From: Eledone cirrhosa
Taxonomy: Eukaryota
Direction of reading: 5' to 3'
Assembly: GCA_964016885.1 (NCBI GenBank)
Contig: OZ024749.1
Span: 28,458,001-28,522,000 of the forward strand
DNA length: 64,000 nucleotides
This document shows, piece by piece, positions 1 to 13,850 of this stretch. Position 1 is the first letter of the stretch, and every line of letters starts with the position of its first letter. The notes under the pieces were generated by a model. It did no database searches. It had not been told where the DNA came from and was given only the letters and a program-made list of their open reading frames with translations. A program made the position numbers and the translations under genes.

Positions 1-183
1 AAAGGAACGATGTACTAGTTTCAAGCTTATTATATATATATATATATGCCACAGCTTTCAATTTGTAATGTCGTCTAACGAAAGTTATTACTCTGAGACT
101 CCTCATCGAGTGCTTGGCAGTACATTCCTCGTTGTATCTCGTTGGCTTGGCTGCAGCCGAAGCTTCGATTTTATCAAACTTTC

Positions 184-231
<48 letters not shown>

Positions 232-444
232 TAAAATCAAAGAAAGAGAGAAAGAGAAAGAAAAAGGTGAGGTAGAAAAGACAAGATATGCTTATATTAG
301 TGAGAGGGCTTAGAAATATATATATTTCCTGATAAAGGCTTTCTGTCCGAAACGTCGAACCCTCCTCCATTTCCCACTAGCGTGAAACTAATATAACTGT
401 GTATTTTTGCATCCCTGTGTTTGTTTTGTTTCCTTTATTAACTA

Positions 445-477
<33 letters not shown>

Positions 478-677
478 AGTATTCGGATCTAGTTGTTGAA
501 CGGCAGGAGCTCAGCAGTCGGGGATCCAGAATTTTCATATATATAGTAGTAGTAGTAGTAGTAGGGGTCGAATTGGCTTGCTTTCACAGGCGGCATGCCA
601 AGATGAGTACTCGATGCTATCGGAGAGCAGAGTATCGATAATAATAATTAGGGAACAAAGAATCAGTGTTGCATCAT

Positions 678-718
<41 letters not shown>

Positions 719-794
719 CGAAGGAAATGTGGTAAGGAACCAGATGGACCATAACGCACCAAAGTACTCAATACTTAGGGTAGTAGAGTGGGTA

Positions 795-924
795 ATAGGA
801 ACGAGTAGGACCCCGACGGCTGAGCTCAAGCCGTTTCGACGGCTAATTCTGGACTAAAATTTTAGTTCAGAATTAGGCGTCGAAACGGCTTGAGCTCAGC
901 CGTCGGGGTCCTACTCGTTCCTAT
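795..924. repeat. Near-perfect palindrome, 65-bp arms
   Basis: Symmetry centre 859/860, few mismatches, abuts (TA)n. Confidence 0.9.
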
Positions 925-940
925 ATATATATATATATAT

Positions 941-1160
941 ATATTTAATCACATATTACATATGTTTCACTGCTGATCAGCTCGAGAAACGATCGATTAT
1001 GTTCGTTCCTGACTCTGGAATCGAAAGCCTCACAGACATATGAGTCTACATATGAAAACATATATCTGAGAAGCTTTCGATTCCAGAGTCAAGAACGAAC
1101 ATAATCGATCATTTCTCTAGCTGATCGGCAGTGAAACATATGTAATATGTGATTAAATAT
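941..1160. repeat. Inverted repeat, ~100-bp arms with short spacer
   Basis: ttaatcacatattacatatgtttcactg ... cagtgaaacatatgtaatatgtgattaa, several mismatches. Confidence 0.9.
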
Positions 1161-1243
1161 GTATATGACGTAACAGTGATTCTTTGTTTCCTAATTATTA
1201 GCATTATTATTAATATTATTATTATTATTATTATTATTATTAA

Positions 1244-1457
1244 GCGGTGGATTGGCAGTATCGGTAGAGGGTCGGACGCCATGCTTTGCAGCATAGAGTT
1301 ACGGCCCTTTACTGCCTGTGTTCAAATCCCGCCGAGGTTAACTTTGCCTTTCATCCTTACGGGGTCGATAAAATAAAGTACCAGTCACGCACTGGGGTCG
1401 ATTTAATCGACTTTCCCCTCCCCCAAAATTGATGGCCTTGTGCCTATATAAGAAACC
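1244..1457 (+). mobile_element. tRNA-derived SINE (dominant family in window)
   Basis: A box TGGCAGTATCGG, B box GTTCAAATCC, central GCCTTTCATCCTTACGGGGTCGATAAAATAAAGTACCAG, 3' GGCCTTGTGCC..AGAAAC; >15 copies in window. Confidence 0.85.
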
Positions 1458-1459
1458 CT

Positions 1460-1496
<37 letters not shown>

Positions 1497-1590
1497 AATG
1501 GAAGTTTAGTAAAAAGTTTAGTAAAAGGTTTTGGCTGTGGCCAAACTAACAATATACAATTAGGAATGTGCAGCATTATATATATATATA

Positions 1591-1779
1591 GGCGGTGGAT
1601 TGGCAGTATCGGTAGAGTGTCGGACGCCATGCTTTCCAGCATAGAGTTACGGCCCTTGCCATTCTGAGTTCAAATCCCGCCGAGGTTGACTTTGCCTTTC
1701 ATCCTTACGGGGTCGATAAAATAAAGTACCAGTAATGCACTGGGTAATTGCTGGCCTTGTGCCTAAAGTAGAAACAATT
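1591..1779 (+). mobile_element. tRNA-derived SINE
   Basis: Full-length copy of the same family. Confidence 0.85.
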
Positions 1780-1834
1780 ATATATATATAATCAGATATT
1801 TCTTTTTTTGTTCTTCATCAATCAATTTAATTCA

Positions 1835-1889
<55 letters not shown>

Positions 1890-2199
1890 ACTCTCTCTCT
1901 CTCTCTCTCTCGCTCTCTCTCTCTATCTATCTATCTATTTATTACACACACACATATACATACATACATATGTATATATATGATAGACAGTAGGCAATAA
2001 GAAAGGACAAAGTAGAAGAGTGAAGGAACTCTGAAATATGACCAAATCTAGGAGACTCAACTTTGGAGAAAGTTTTACCAAATTATATTCTTTGTTTCTC
2101 ATCCTCTTTCTCACACACTCCCCCTCTCTCTGTCTCCTGTTCCTATTTTACCATTCTTACATTACACTGCTTTATACACACACACATACATATACATGC

Positions 2200-2232
2200 T
2201 TGCATACATACATACATACGCACATATATATG

Positions 2233-2313
<81 letters not shown>

Positions 2314-2326
2314 CTGATGCCATGCA

Positions 2327-2362
<36 letters not shown>

Positions 2363-2409
2363 TGCATGGCATCAGCCCTTCGGCTGGAACACAAATAAAT
2401 AAATAAATA

Positions 2410-2471
<62 letters not shown>

Positions 2472-2498
2472 CATATATATGTATATTATATACATACA

Positions 2499-2560
<62 letters not shown>

Positions 2561-2587
2561 CATATATATGTATATTATATACATACA

Positions 2588-2627
<40 letters not shown>

Positions 2628-2711
2628 CATATATATGTAAATATATATATATATATACATACATATATATGTATATATATATATATACATACATACATAT
2701 ATATATTATAT

Positions 2712-2794
<83 letters not shown>

Positions 2795-2798
2795 CATA

Positions 2799-2838
<40 letters not shown>

Positions 2839-2853
2839 CTTGGTAGATTTATC

Positions 2854-2901
<48 letters not shown>

Positions 2902-2930
2902 TATGTATGTATATATATATATATATATAT
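2200..2930. repeat. Compound (TA)n/(TACA)n microsatellite
   Basis: Direct reading; similar tracts at 3365-3652 and 10130-10700. Confidence 0.95.
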
Positions 2931-3330
2931 ATATTGGTAAACGGAATAGAAAATGCTGACAAATTGTTCACAGTTGAAAAATGGTTTAATTAGGAATAAA
3001 AGAGTATTAGTGATTGTATGGGTTAGTATTCAGTTGTGGTTTTAAGTTTTTAAGTTTTTACCGGTTGCGCATTTCTAAATGCTTTTCAAAAATAATTTTG
3101 AGATAGAGTGTCCGTGCTGTTTGCTCTGATCAGAGCAAACAGCACGGACACTCTATCTCAAAATTATTTTTGAAAAGCATTTAGAAATGCGCAACCGGTA
3201 AAAACTTAAAAACTTAAAACCACAACTGAATACTAACCCATACAATCACTAATACTCTTTTATTCCTAATTAAACCATTTTTCAACTGTGAACAATTTGT
3301 CAGCATTTTCTATTCCGTTTACCAATATAT
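2929..3330. repeat. Perfect palindrome, ~200-bp arms, no spacer
   Basis: Centre ctctga|tcagag at 3129/3130; embedded in (TA)n. Confidence 0.92.
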
Positions 3331-3511
3331 AATAACTTGTGTGTTACACCTCTATTCTTTTAACTATATATATATATATATACATGTATGTATATAATAT
3401 ATGTATGTATGTATATATATATATATATACATATATATGTATGTATATATATATATATATATATTTACATATATATGTATGTATATATATATATATATAT
3501 ATTTATATATG

Positions 3512-3549
<38 letters not shown>

Positions 3550-3580
3550 TGTATGTATATAATATACATATATATGTATG

Positions 3581-3652
<72 letters not shown>

Positions 3653-3656
<4 letters not shown>

Positions 3657-3848
3657 TATAGACATAGAATATTCGAAAATATTCTGTATGTTTATAATAA
3701 ACATTTTGAAGACCTAATCGCTATAGAATAGAATACGTCACGTATTACAATTGTAATACGTGACGTATTCTATTCTATAGCGATTAGGTCTTCAAAATGT
3801 TTATTATAAACATACAGAATATTTTCGAATATTCTATGTCTATATTCA
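3653..3848. repeat. Perfect palindrome, 98-bp arms, no spacer
   Basis: Centre tacaa|ttgta at 3750/3751; embedded in (TA)n. Confidence 0.92.
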
Positions 3849-5989
3849 CATATATATCGCTATTTCAGAGCATTTATTCCAATATATATATATATATATA
3901 TGCATGTATGTATATAATATATATATGTATGTATGTGTGGATAACGTTTGTAAATATATATATATATACACACCAGTATACATACATTCTTTCCTGTCCT
4001 CACCATTCCAGCATTACATTGCCCCCTTCACTGCTTCCTATGATACCCTAAGGCATCATGAAATCTACTTGAAGTTTCCATACACTGTCTCTCTTAACAC
4101 ATCTTCCTGTCTCTCCTTCTCTCTCCCTCCCTTAATTATTCCCTGTCTTTCTTTTTCACTTCTCACCCCTTTTCTAACTCTATTATAAATATTTCTTCTA
4201 TTTCCTCTCACTTGCGTTCTCTCTCTGTCTCATTTCTCTCTCTCTCTCTCTCTCTTTCAATCTCACACACACACACACACACACTTTCTCCTCTCCATCT
4301 CTCTCTCCCCATCTTTCTGTCTCCATTTCTCTCTCTCTCTCTGTCTCTCTCTCACACACACACTTTCTTTCTCTTTCTCTCTCCATCTCTCACCCTCTCT
4401 CTCTCACCCCCTCTCTCTCTCACCCCCTCTCTCTCTCACCCCCCTCTCTCTCTCTCTTTCTCTCTCTCTCTCACTCTCTCTCTCTCTCTATCTATCTATC
4501 TCTCTCTCTCTCACCGCCCTCTCTCTCTCTCTCTGTTTACATTCCAATTTTCTTTCTTTCTATCAACATCGTTTCCATCCTCTTTTTCCACTCCTTCATC
4601 GGTCCGGCGCCTCTTTACTTTTTCATCTCACCTTCCCCTCTACCTCTCTACCTTCCCATCATGCCACACTCTGTGACCTCCCAAATTACATACCAACCCT
4701 CCACTATCCATTCCACCACATCTCTCTTACCTTCCTGTCTTTCCACACTTTCCCATCATGCCACCCTTTGCTGTGACCCCTCTTTTCTCCATCACCCTCG
4801 CCACTACTCTAATACTCCATCACCCTTGCCACTACTCCAACACTCCATGACCCTCCACCTCCATCACCACCTCAACTAACCACAAAAGCGGTGTACTTAA
4901 CTGTTTCTATCTTCAATCCATATCCTCCCTCCCTCCTCTCCAGCATACTGAATTTCTTTTTCAACAGCAAAACATGCTCAGTGGACTAGACTCTGCCAAG
5001 GACACCCAAGGACCAGGTGGTGGTGTTTAACAGGGTGGTGGATTAAGTCTACCACTGTAGAGGACTAGACTCTGCTAAAAACACCCAAGGACCAGGTAGT
5101 GGTGTTTAACAAGGTGGTGGATTAAGTCTACTACCCAGGTAGGATATGAATGACTAGCCTAAAGAAGAATTAGCAATACTTTTACATGGAATGGGGCCTG
5201 TTTAAGAATGGTAGACATATGGTCATGTGGTAGTTATATGGTCAAATGGTAGATATATTGTCATGTGGTAGCTAAAATGGATTTTTTCCATTTCCAAGAT
5301 GGCTGACTAATACGTGCTTTCCCATCCCATCTACTCTTTTTTTTTCTTTCTCCCAAATCCCCTTTTCCCTCTATTCCTGTCATCCATAGAAGGACTAGTG
5401 TCCAAAACGTTAAGACAATTCTCCAACTATATAAAGCATTAAACTAATATACCACTGTTGTATTGTATTGTTTTCGTGTGTTTCTTTTTCCTTGTTGACA
5501 TTTTTTTGTCCTGTTTTAGTTATATTATCACAAGGTTGATGTATGGTCATGTGGTAGGTAGGCAGATAGATATGTTGGTGGATGGATAGCTATATAGATA
5601 ACTAGATAAATAAACAGATAGCTAACTATGTAGATGGATAGATAGATATACAAGTATATATATACAGATATAGATAGATAGATAAATAGACAGGTGGATA
5701 GATAGGTGTTTAATGATTCATGATATCATAGTTGTCTTCAATAATGAGTTCCATTAGGCTAAGGTCAGAAAGTTATAAAGAGCTGTCATTTCTGTCTGTG
5801 ACATCTTTTATGTATTATAGCATTAATACACTGGGTAATTGCTGGCCTTGTGCCAAAAGTAGAAACAATTATTTTATCATAAACAGTAGTCAGTGTTTCA
5901 ATGACCTCTCTGAATGAAGTTCAACTGGCAATAGCTTGTCAAAAATCAGTGATTATTTTAAGGTAAAGTTGATCCCTGCTGTACAGTTA

Positions 5990-6855
5990 TAAATCTAATT
6001 TCTTGTTGTTCTAAATCTAATTTAGTGCAGTTCTAAATCTAATTTAGTATAGTTCTAAATTATATTTTTTGCAGTTCTAAATCTAATTTTTTGTAGTTCT
6101 AAATCTAATGTTGTGTTCTAAATCTAATGTTGCCTGGTTCTAAATCTACTTTTTTGTAGTTCTAAATCTAATGTTGCGTTCTAAATCTAATGTTGCCTGG
6201 TTCTAAATCTAATGTTGTTCAGTTCTAAATCTACTTTTTTGTAGTTCTAAATCTAATGTTGCCTGGTTCTAAATCTAATGTTGTTCAGTACTAAATCTAC
6301 TTTTTTGTAGTTCTAAATCTAATGTTGCCTGGTTCTAAATCTAATGTTGTTCAGTTCTAAATCTAATGTTGCCTGGTTCTAAATCTAATGTTGTTCAGTT
6401 CTAAATCTACTTTTTTGTAGTTCTAAATCTAATGTTGCCTGGTTCTAAATCTAATGTTGTTCAGTTCTAAATCTACTTTTTTGTAGTTCTAAATCTAATG
6501 TTGCCTGGTTCTAAATCTAATGTTGTTCAGTTCTAAATCTACTTTTTTGTAGTTCTAAATCTAATGTTGCCTGGTTCTAAATCTAATGTTGTTCAGTTCT
6601 AAATCTACTTTTTTGTAGTTCTAAATCTAATGTTGCTTGGTTCTAAATCTATTGTTGTTCAGTTCTAAATCTACTTTTTTGTAGTTCTAAATCTAATGTT
6701 GCCTGGTTCTAAATCTATTGTTGTTCAGTTCTAAATCTACTTTTTTGTAGTTCTAAATCTAATGTTGCCTGGTTCTAAATCTAATGTTGTTCAGTTCTAA
6801 ATCTACTTTTTTGTAGTTCTAAATCTAAATTTTGTCATTCTAAATCTAATTTTGT
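5990..6855. repeat. 22-bp minisatellite with 66-bp three-variant higher-order period
   Basis: gttctaaatct + aatgttgcctg / aatgttgttca / acttttttgta alternating. Confidence 0.92.
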
Positions 6856-7211
6856 GCAATAATTTTACATTTCATATTAAATACTATATGCATTTACATG
6901 GTATATGGTGATTAAAAGACTTAAAACACTCATAAAATATCACCATTACAAATTCTTCTCAGATTCCGATAATATCAAACACAGGACCATGGCACTTGAT
7001 TAAAAGATTTCTGCAGTTCTAAATCCCCCCCCCCTCTTTGTGTATATATATACATATATATATGACTTTAACCAAGCATTACAAGTTAACATATTTTTAT
7101 ACTGTGTATCTAATAAATTAACACTAACTTAACTAATATTCACATCACCATGTCAAGTGAAATAGCTTGAAATAAACACATTTATGTTATGCATTATATA
7201 TCATAATTTAT

Positions 7212-7255
<44 letters not shown>

Positions 7256-7617
7256 CTTTACTTTTTTTAATCATCTATTTATTTATTTATCTTATGTATA
7301 TATATTGTGTATGTCATGTTATGTATGTGTATATGTGTGTGTGTTGGTCTGTCTGTGTGTATGCGTATGTGTCTGTCTCACTGCCTGTCTGTGTCTCTGT
7401 ATGTGTATTCATGTGTGTTTGTGTGTGTCTGCGTCTGTGTGAATCCGTGTGTGTTACATTAAGCATTTACATAGCGATTATTTTATTATTTTCTTTGAGA
7501 GTTGAGTCAATGGCCCTGCTGTGAAGTAGTTTAAGTTACATGCTGAATCATCAATTTAAATGTTAGATGGTGTTAAATAACCTGTTTAACACTTGGGTTA
7601 CACCCTCACAATCCCCT

Positions 7618-8083
7618 TACAACACCAGGTTTTGTATCTCACAATACTGGATTTTGTATCACAATACCGGGTTTTGTATCTCACAACACCAGGTTTTGTA
7701 TCTCACAACACCAGGTTTTGTATCTCACAGCACCAGGTTTTGTATCTCACAACACCAGGTTTTGTATCTCACAACACCAGGTTTTGTATCTCACAGCACC
7801 AGGTTTTGTATCTCACAGCACCAGGTTTTGTATCTCACAACACCAGGTTTTGTATCTCACAACACCAGGTTTTGTTTCTTACAACACCAGGTTTTGTATC
7901 TCACAACTCCAGGTTTTGTATCTCACAGCACCAGGTTTTGTATCTCACAACTCCAGATTTTGTATCTCACAACACCAGGTTTTGTATCTCACAACACCTG
8001 GTTTTGTATCTCACAACATCCAGTTTTGTCTCTCACAACACCTGGTTTTGTCTGTTACAACACCTGGTTTTGTCTCTTACAGG
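7618..8083. repeat. 22-bp minisatellite (cacaacaccaggttttgtatct)
   Basis: About 21 tandem copies. Confidence 0.92.
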
Positions 8084-8332
8084 TCATTAGATGATTTGAA
8101 AGCAACAGAATTCAATAATTAAAAAAAATCATTTACTGCCTATCTATCTATCTATCTATCCCAGTGCGCCCTTGTGGCTAATAAAGAAATATATCTATCC
8201 CAAACCTCATTCGCTTAACAAATGGGGTGGAGCTTGTCAAATCGGACCGAGGGAACAATGTTTCCATTGATATTTCCAATTGCTAATATTATCTACCAGT
8301 TACAAATCAAGGCAGAAGGAGCAACATGAAAT

Positions 8333-8463
8333 AACTGTTTCTACTTTAGGCACAAGGCCAGCAATTACCCAGTACATTACTGGTACTTTATTTTATCGAC
8401 CCCGTAAGGATGAAAGGCAAAGTTAACCTCGGCGGGATTTGAACTCAGACTGTAAAGGGACGT
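8333..8463 (-). mobile_element. tRNA-derived SINE, 5'-truncated
   Basis: Reverse complement of the family consensus. Confidence 0.8.
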
Positions 8464-8754
8464 GTCTTGATGAAGGACATAATGCATCGAACTCACAACC
8501 TCATGATTGTGAATCCAATTCTCTAACCACTTAGCTACACTCTCTCATATATATGTGTATACATATGTATGTATGTATTTTTTTTCATTTTATGTCCGCT
8601 TTTCCCTGCTTGCATGGGTGGGATGGGAACTGATTCTGGCTTGATTTCTACAGCTGGATGCCCTTTCTAACACCAAGTTCATTTTCAGTGAGTTGCCATG
8701 GCACCTCCACGACCACTTTGCAGTGGAAGGATATGGACCCCAGTCCCTATCATC

Positions 8755-8895
8755 TCATTTCTACAGCTGAGTAAACTGGAGCAATGTGAAATAAAGTGTC
8801 TTGCTCAAGGAAACAACACATCACCCGGTCTGAGAATTGAACTCACAACCTTTCAATTGCAAGGCCAATGCTCTAACCACTGAGCCATGTGCCTC
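8755..8895 (-). mobile_element. Second SINE family with CORE-like segment
   Basis: aagtgtcttgctcaaggaaaca segment and reverse-strand tRNA-like head (atggctcagtggttagagc...gttcaattc). Confidence 0.6.
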
Positions 8896-8896
8896 C

Positions 8897-8927
<31 letters not shown>

Positions 8928-9774
8928 TGTATGTATGTATGTATGTATGTATGTATGTATGTATGTATGTATGTCAGGTCACCAGTTGGTGCTACTGGTA
9001 ACATGTATCCCAGTACAACCTGTCCCATGGTCGGGTCGTTGGCGACTAAACTGGCAACCCCACGAAGGTTTCTTGGTGAGGAGGGTGACTTTGGACATCC
9101 TGCAGGACTAAAAACAAAACCTGTCAAAGGGCAAAGGAGCTCTTAAGAGTCAATGGCCATCCAAAATCACTGGGAGAGATGACCCCTTAGCCTTTGTCAA
9201 GGCAGAATTCTAGGAGAAGGAAAACTCTGATATAACACCTGCAACCCTGATGGTATCCAATGATGTTGACTTGTTCTTCTTTTTGGTAAATACCATCTTG
9301 GTTAAGAGAGTGGGACTGACTTTGAGCAGTGACTTTGCTCACTATAAAAGCTTCACGGCACAGGCATTGCTTTATATCTGGAGATCTCTCTGCACTTGTC
9401 ATCACATGGTACCATGGGCCCAGCACTATGTGTCAATAATTGTCACAAGTGTAGTGTTTGTACCAGAGTAGAGTTTTCAAGTCACTGGCTGGAATAAAAA
9501 GTCACACTTGTTCAGCGCATCGGTAGGGGTTCTCCTACATGGATATAAAGTAGTGGCCGTACTCGAAAACGAGTTGGCAGCCACCATGTATGTATGTATG
9601 TATGTATGTATGTATGTATGTATGTATGTATGTATGTATGTATGTGTGTCTATATATGTCTGTCATCTGTCTTTACCCCACTCTCTCTAACTCTTAATCT
9701 CACATCTGTCTATCTGCAGTTATATGTCTCTAACTCCTTGAGTTTCTGCCTCTTTTATATAGATATATATACAA

Positions 9775-9908
<134 letters not shown>

Positions 9909-10151
9909 TGTCTACACATACAAAAAAAAATGAGGTGTAATTCTGTCAAGCAGTTTAATTTATCTTATATTTATCTGAAGCAGATGTGTCTTAAAAGATA
10001 TTCTAAACCTTTGACTGACTGAGAACTAAATGGTGTGAAATAGAAGACTTCTCAGATGTTGACTAAGAGACTTCATTCACAACATACAGTCACACTGACT
10101 TCATATATGTACAGTCACACCAACAATATGTATGTATATATAATATATGTT

Positions 10152-10182
<31 letters not shown>

Positions 10183-10240
10183 GTTTTTATATATATATAT
10201 ATATGTTTATATATATATATATATATATTATATATATGTT

Positions 10241-10281
<41 letters not shown>

Positions 10282-10288
10282 ATATGTT

Positions 10289-10351
<63 letters not shown>

Positions 10352-10396
10352 ATATATGTATGTATATATATATATATTTATATACATGTATGTATG

Positions 10397-10479
<83 letters not shown>

Positions 10480-10490
10480 ATATATGTATG

Positions 10491-10527
<37 letters not shown>

Positions 10528-10530
10528 ATG

Positions 10531-10561
<31 letters not shown>

Positions 10562-10614
10562 ATATATGTATGTATATATATATATATATTTATATACATG
10601 CATGTGTGTATATG

Positions 10615-10672
<58 letters not shown>

Positions 10673-10699
10673 ATATATATATATTTATTTTATATATAT

Positions 10700-13068
10700 A
10701 AGTGGCCAGGAGGGAAGCTAGGAGACAAGTGTACTTAGCAAGAAGGGAAGCTGAGGAAAGAAAGTTCAAGCATGTTCTACAACGCGATGACCAAAAACGT
10801 GAGGTGTTCAGGATTGCTAGGCAATGCGTCAAGGAAAACCGTGATATTGTCGGGGAGAAGTGTGTACTAAACGACGATAGCACACTTGCCATCACCGACG
10901 CTGATAAGAAGGTAGCTTGGAAGTGTCACTATGAAAGGCTACTAAATGAGGAGAATAAATGGGAGAAAGACAGTCTCCCCCATATCGACCCAATAGAGGG
11001 ACCAGCAGTGTTAGTCGAGGGGAGTATAATAAGTAAGGCAATCAAGGATATGAAGACGGGTAAGGCGGCTGGGCCTTCGGAAATAGTTGCTGAGATGCTG
11101 AAGGCATCTGGCACGGTGGGACACACCATGGTCACCCGCATAGTTAACCAAGTCGTACAGAATGGGGTTGTTCCGAAGGACTGGCATAGCAGCATCATCG
11201 TTAACTGTTATAAGGGTAAAGGAGACGCCCTAGATAGGAGTAACTATAGAGGCATTAAATTAATCGACCAGGTCATGAAGGTCACGGAAAAAGTAATAGC
11301 GCAACTAATCAGAGAGAGAATTGACCTAGATGAAATGCAGTTCGGGTTTGTGTCAGGCAAAAGTACCACAGACGCTCTTTTCATAGTACGACAACTACAG
11401 GAGAAGTACCTAGCTAAAGGTAAACCCCTCTACTTAGCTTTTGTCGACTTGGAGAAAGCCTTCGACAGAGTCCCCCGCTCCATTATCTGGTGGGCTCTTA
11501 GAAAACTAGGCGTTGACGAATGGCTTGTGAGGGCTATACAAGCCATGTATAAAGAAACAGTCAGCAAGGTTAGAATTAACAACGAATATAGTGAAGAGTT
11601 TAGCGTAAAAGTTGGCGTCCATCAGGGCTCTGTTCTCAGCCCCCTACTATTTATTATTGCCCTTCAGGCTATAACAGAGGAGTTCAAGACAGGCTGCCCA
11701 TGGGAACTCCTATACGCAGACGACCTGACACTCATAGCGGAATCAATGGCCGAGCTAGAGAAGAAATTCCAAACATGGAAGCACGGCCTAGAGTCAAAAG
11801 GACTTAAAATTAACCTGGCTAAGACCAAAGTACTAGTTTGTAGGAAAGAAAACAAGGCGGCGGTCCCTTCTGGGAAATGGTCGTGCTCGGTGTGTAGGAA
11901 AGGCGTAGGTAGAAACTCCATTTTATGTCCTAAATGCAAAGTATGGGTGCATAAAAGATGTAGTGGGATCACAGGTAAGCTAACTAAGAACATAGATTTT
12001 ACATGTGGCCGGTGTTCTGGTGCAATAAGTAGCAGCAAGTGCCCACAAAATACTAGCTCTTTCAATTGCGCAGAGGGTTCTATAGAAATAGTGGACAGCT
12101 TCCGTTACCTGGGCGATAAAATCAGCAGTGGGGGAGGGTGCTCTGAAAGTACTGTAGCTAGAGTCAGAACTGGTTGGAAAAAGTTCAGAGAGCTTATACC
12201 ACTATTAGCTGCTAAAGGGTTCTCCCTAAAAATGAAAGGCAGGTTGTACGATGCCTGCATACGAACAGCAATGCTGCATGGCAGTGAGACCTGGGCATTG
12301 TGTGCAGAGGATATACGCAGACTAGAGAGGAACGAAGCTTGCATGCTCCGCTGGATGTGTAACAGTAATATACGTGAACGGCAAAGCATAAACGAACTAA
12401 GGAAAAAATTAGAGATAAGAGGGATCAGATGTTGTTTACTCGAGAGAAGGCTACGTTGGTATGGACACGTGATGCGCATGAAAGTCGATAGCTGTATAAC
12501 AAAGTGCAGGGCAATAAAGATAGACGGTAGTCACGGAATAGGCAGACCTAGAAAAACCTGGGACGAGCTGATAAACTCCGACATCACACACTTACACCTC
12601 TCCAAGACAATGTCACTGGACCGAGACCTTTGGCGGTACTCAGTAACAGAGAAGACCCGCCTTACCTAAATATATAGTAAAACCTACTCCAGCCAGTAGG
12701 CATCTCTAACAAAATACACCCCGTCCCACCACCCCCACCCCCACCCCATCCACACCACCCCGTTCTATGTAAAGTTATGTTGGTGCCGCGCCATCGAGGC
12801 CGAAACAAATGAGATCGTGTAGGTGTCACGACAAAAAAACACACAGTCCACGCTGTAATGTGGCCGTGTAGGCAACACGGTAAAAACCTCCCAGACCCAC
12901 ACTGTAAATGTGGTTGGTGTTAGGAAGGGCATCCAACTGTAGAAAACCTGCCAGACAGTCTTATGCGAGCAAGACAATCACTCTTGCCTCAAGTGGGACT
13001 ACCCCCGTCCAAACCCATGCAAGCGTGGAACACGGACGTTAAACGTTGATGATGATGATGATGATGAT
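10700..13068 (+). mobile_element. 5'-truncated RTE-clade LINE with intact RT ORF, 3' UTR and (GAT)n tail
   Basis: 655-aa ORF with [41 protein letters not shown] and RRLRWYGHV motifs; tail aaacgtt(gat)n; inserted into a (TA)n tract. Confidence 0.95.
10702..12669 (+). CDS. LINE reverse transcriptase (N-terminally truncated ORF2) with embedded PHD-type zinc finger
   Basis: RT motifs including YADD; CSVC...CPKC...HKRC...CGRC (C4HC3) between YADD and YLG. Confidence 0.9.
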   Translation: MARREARRQVYLARREAEERKFKHVLQRDDQKREVFRIARQCVKENRDIVGEKCVLNDDSTLAITDADKKVAWKCHYERLLNEENKWEKDSLPHIDPIEGPAVLVEGSIISKAIKDMKTGKAAGPSEIVAEMLKASGTVGHTMVTRIVNQVVQNGVVPKDWHSSIIVNCYKGKGDALDRSNYRGIKLIDQVMKVTEKVIAQLIRERIDLDEMQFGFVSGKSTTDALFIVRQLQEKYLAKGKPLYLAFVDLEKAFDRVPRSIIWWALRKLGVDEWLVRAIQAMYKETVSKVRINNEYSEEFSVKVGVHQGSVLSPLLFIIALQAITEEFKTGCPWELLYADDLTLIAESMAELEKKFQTWKHGLESKGLKINLAKTKVLVCRKENKAAVPSGKWSCSVCRKGVGRNSILCPKCKVWVHKRCSGITGKLTKNIDFTCGRCSGAISSSKCPQNTSSFNCAEGSIEIVDSFRYLGDKISSGGGCSESTVARVRTGWKKFRELIPLLAAKGFSLKMKGRLYDACIRTAMLHGSETWALCAEDIRRLERNEACMLRWMCNSNIRERQSINELRKKLEIRGIRCCLLERRLRWYGHVMRMKVDSCITKCRAIKIDGSHGIGRPRKTWDELINSDITHLHLSKTMSLDRDLWRYSVTEKTRLT

Positions 13069-13089
13069 ATATGTATGTATATATTTAAA

Positions 13090-13233
<144 letters not shown>

Positions 13234-13409
13234 CACACACACATATATATATATATAGATATATATATAGTCACTACAGAGTACATGGTACTAATTTTTC
13301 TGGTTGCCACAGCTTGACAGATATTGAAGGCCACTGTGGCCTGATGAAATTTGTTATCTTCATACCAGTATAGTGGCTTGGTTTTAATATTAATTTTACT
13401 GATTTTGGT

Positions 13410-13805
13410 TATTTCATTTCATTTCATTTCATTTGAGTTTGAGTTCATGCTCAGGCCAAGTCGAAGACTCCACCCTCAGAGTCTGGTGTGGTTGCCAGGT
13501 TGGATTCTCTGTTTAATTTTGACATGTGTAGGAGCGAGTTTGAGTCCGTTTGTGCTCGTTGTGTATATCCTGGGAGATGGGGTTCATCTCTAATGGTGCT
13601 TAAGTATCTATCCAGCTGCAATTTAAATGATTCCACACTGCATCCCGATAGATTTCTGACATGTACCGGAATGGAGTTGAATAGTTGTGCCCCTCGAACC
13701 AACAGACTTGACTCTCGCAGGGTTTTTGCTGCCTGGCCAGCCCTTTTGTTGATTGGTGGTAGCTGGCAGCGTCTTCCGTGGCGCAGTGAGTGGTAGGTTT
13801 TGATA
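13410..13805 (-). mobile_element. 3' fragment of a CR1/L2-like LINE
   Basis: RGAQLFNSIP...FKLQLDRYL...DEPHLPGY resembles a LINE ORF2 C-terminus; (TGAAA)n tail. Confidence 0.65.
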
Positions 13806-13850
13806 GTTTAATCTTGTATTTTGTTATTAAGTAGGATTATGTTAGGAAAA

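Noticed and set aside
2038-4051. Many [16 protein letters not shown] ORFs here and elsewhere
   Set aside because: Translations of dinucleotide microsatellites
5990-8083. Regular short repeats as a CRISPR array, and the TTPGFVSH repeat ORFs as a protein
   Set aside because: No unique spacers, eukaryotic context, no cas genes; the 22-bp unit is open in all frames by chance
8970-9585. Non-repetitive segment between (TATG)n tracts as a gene exon
   Set aside because: No coherent ORF or splice sites; probably a decayed retroelement fragment but not identifiable with confidence
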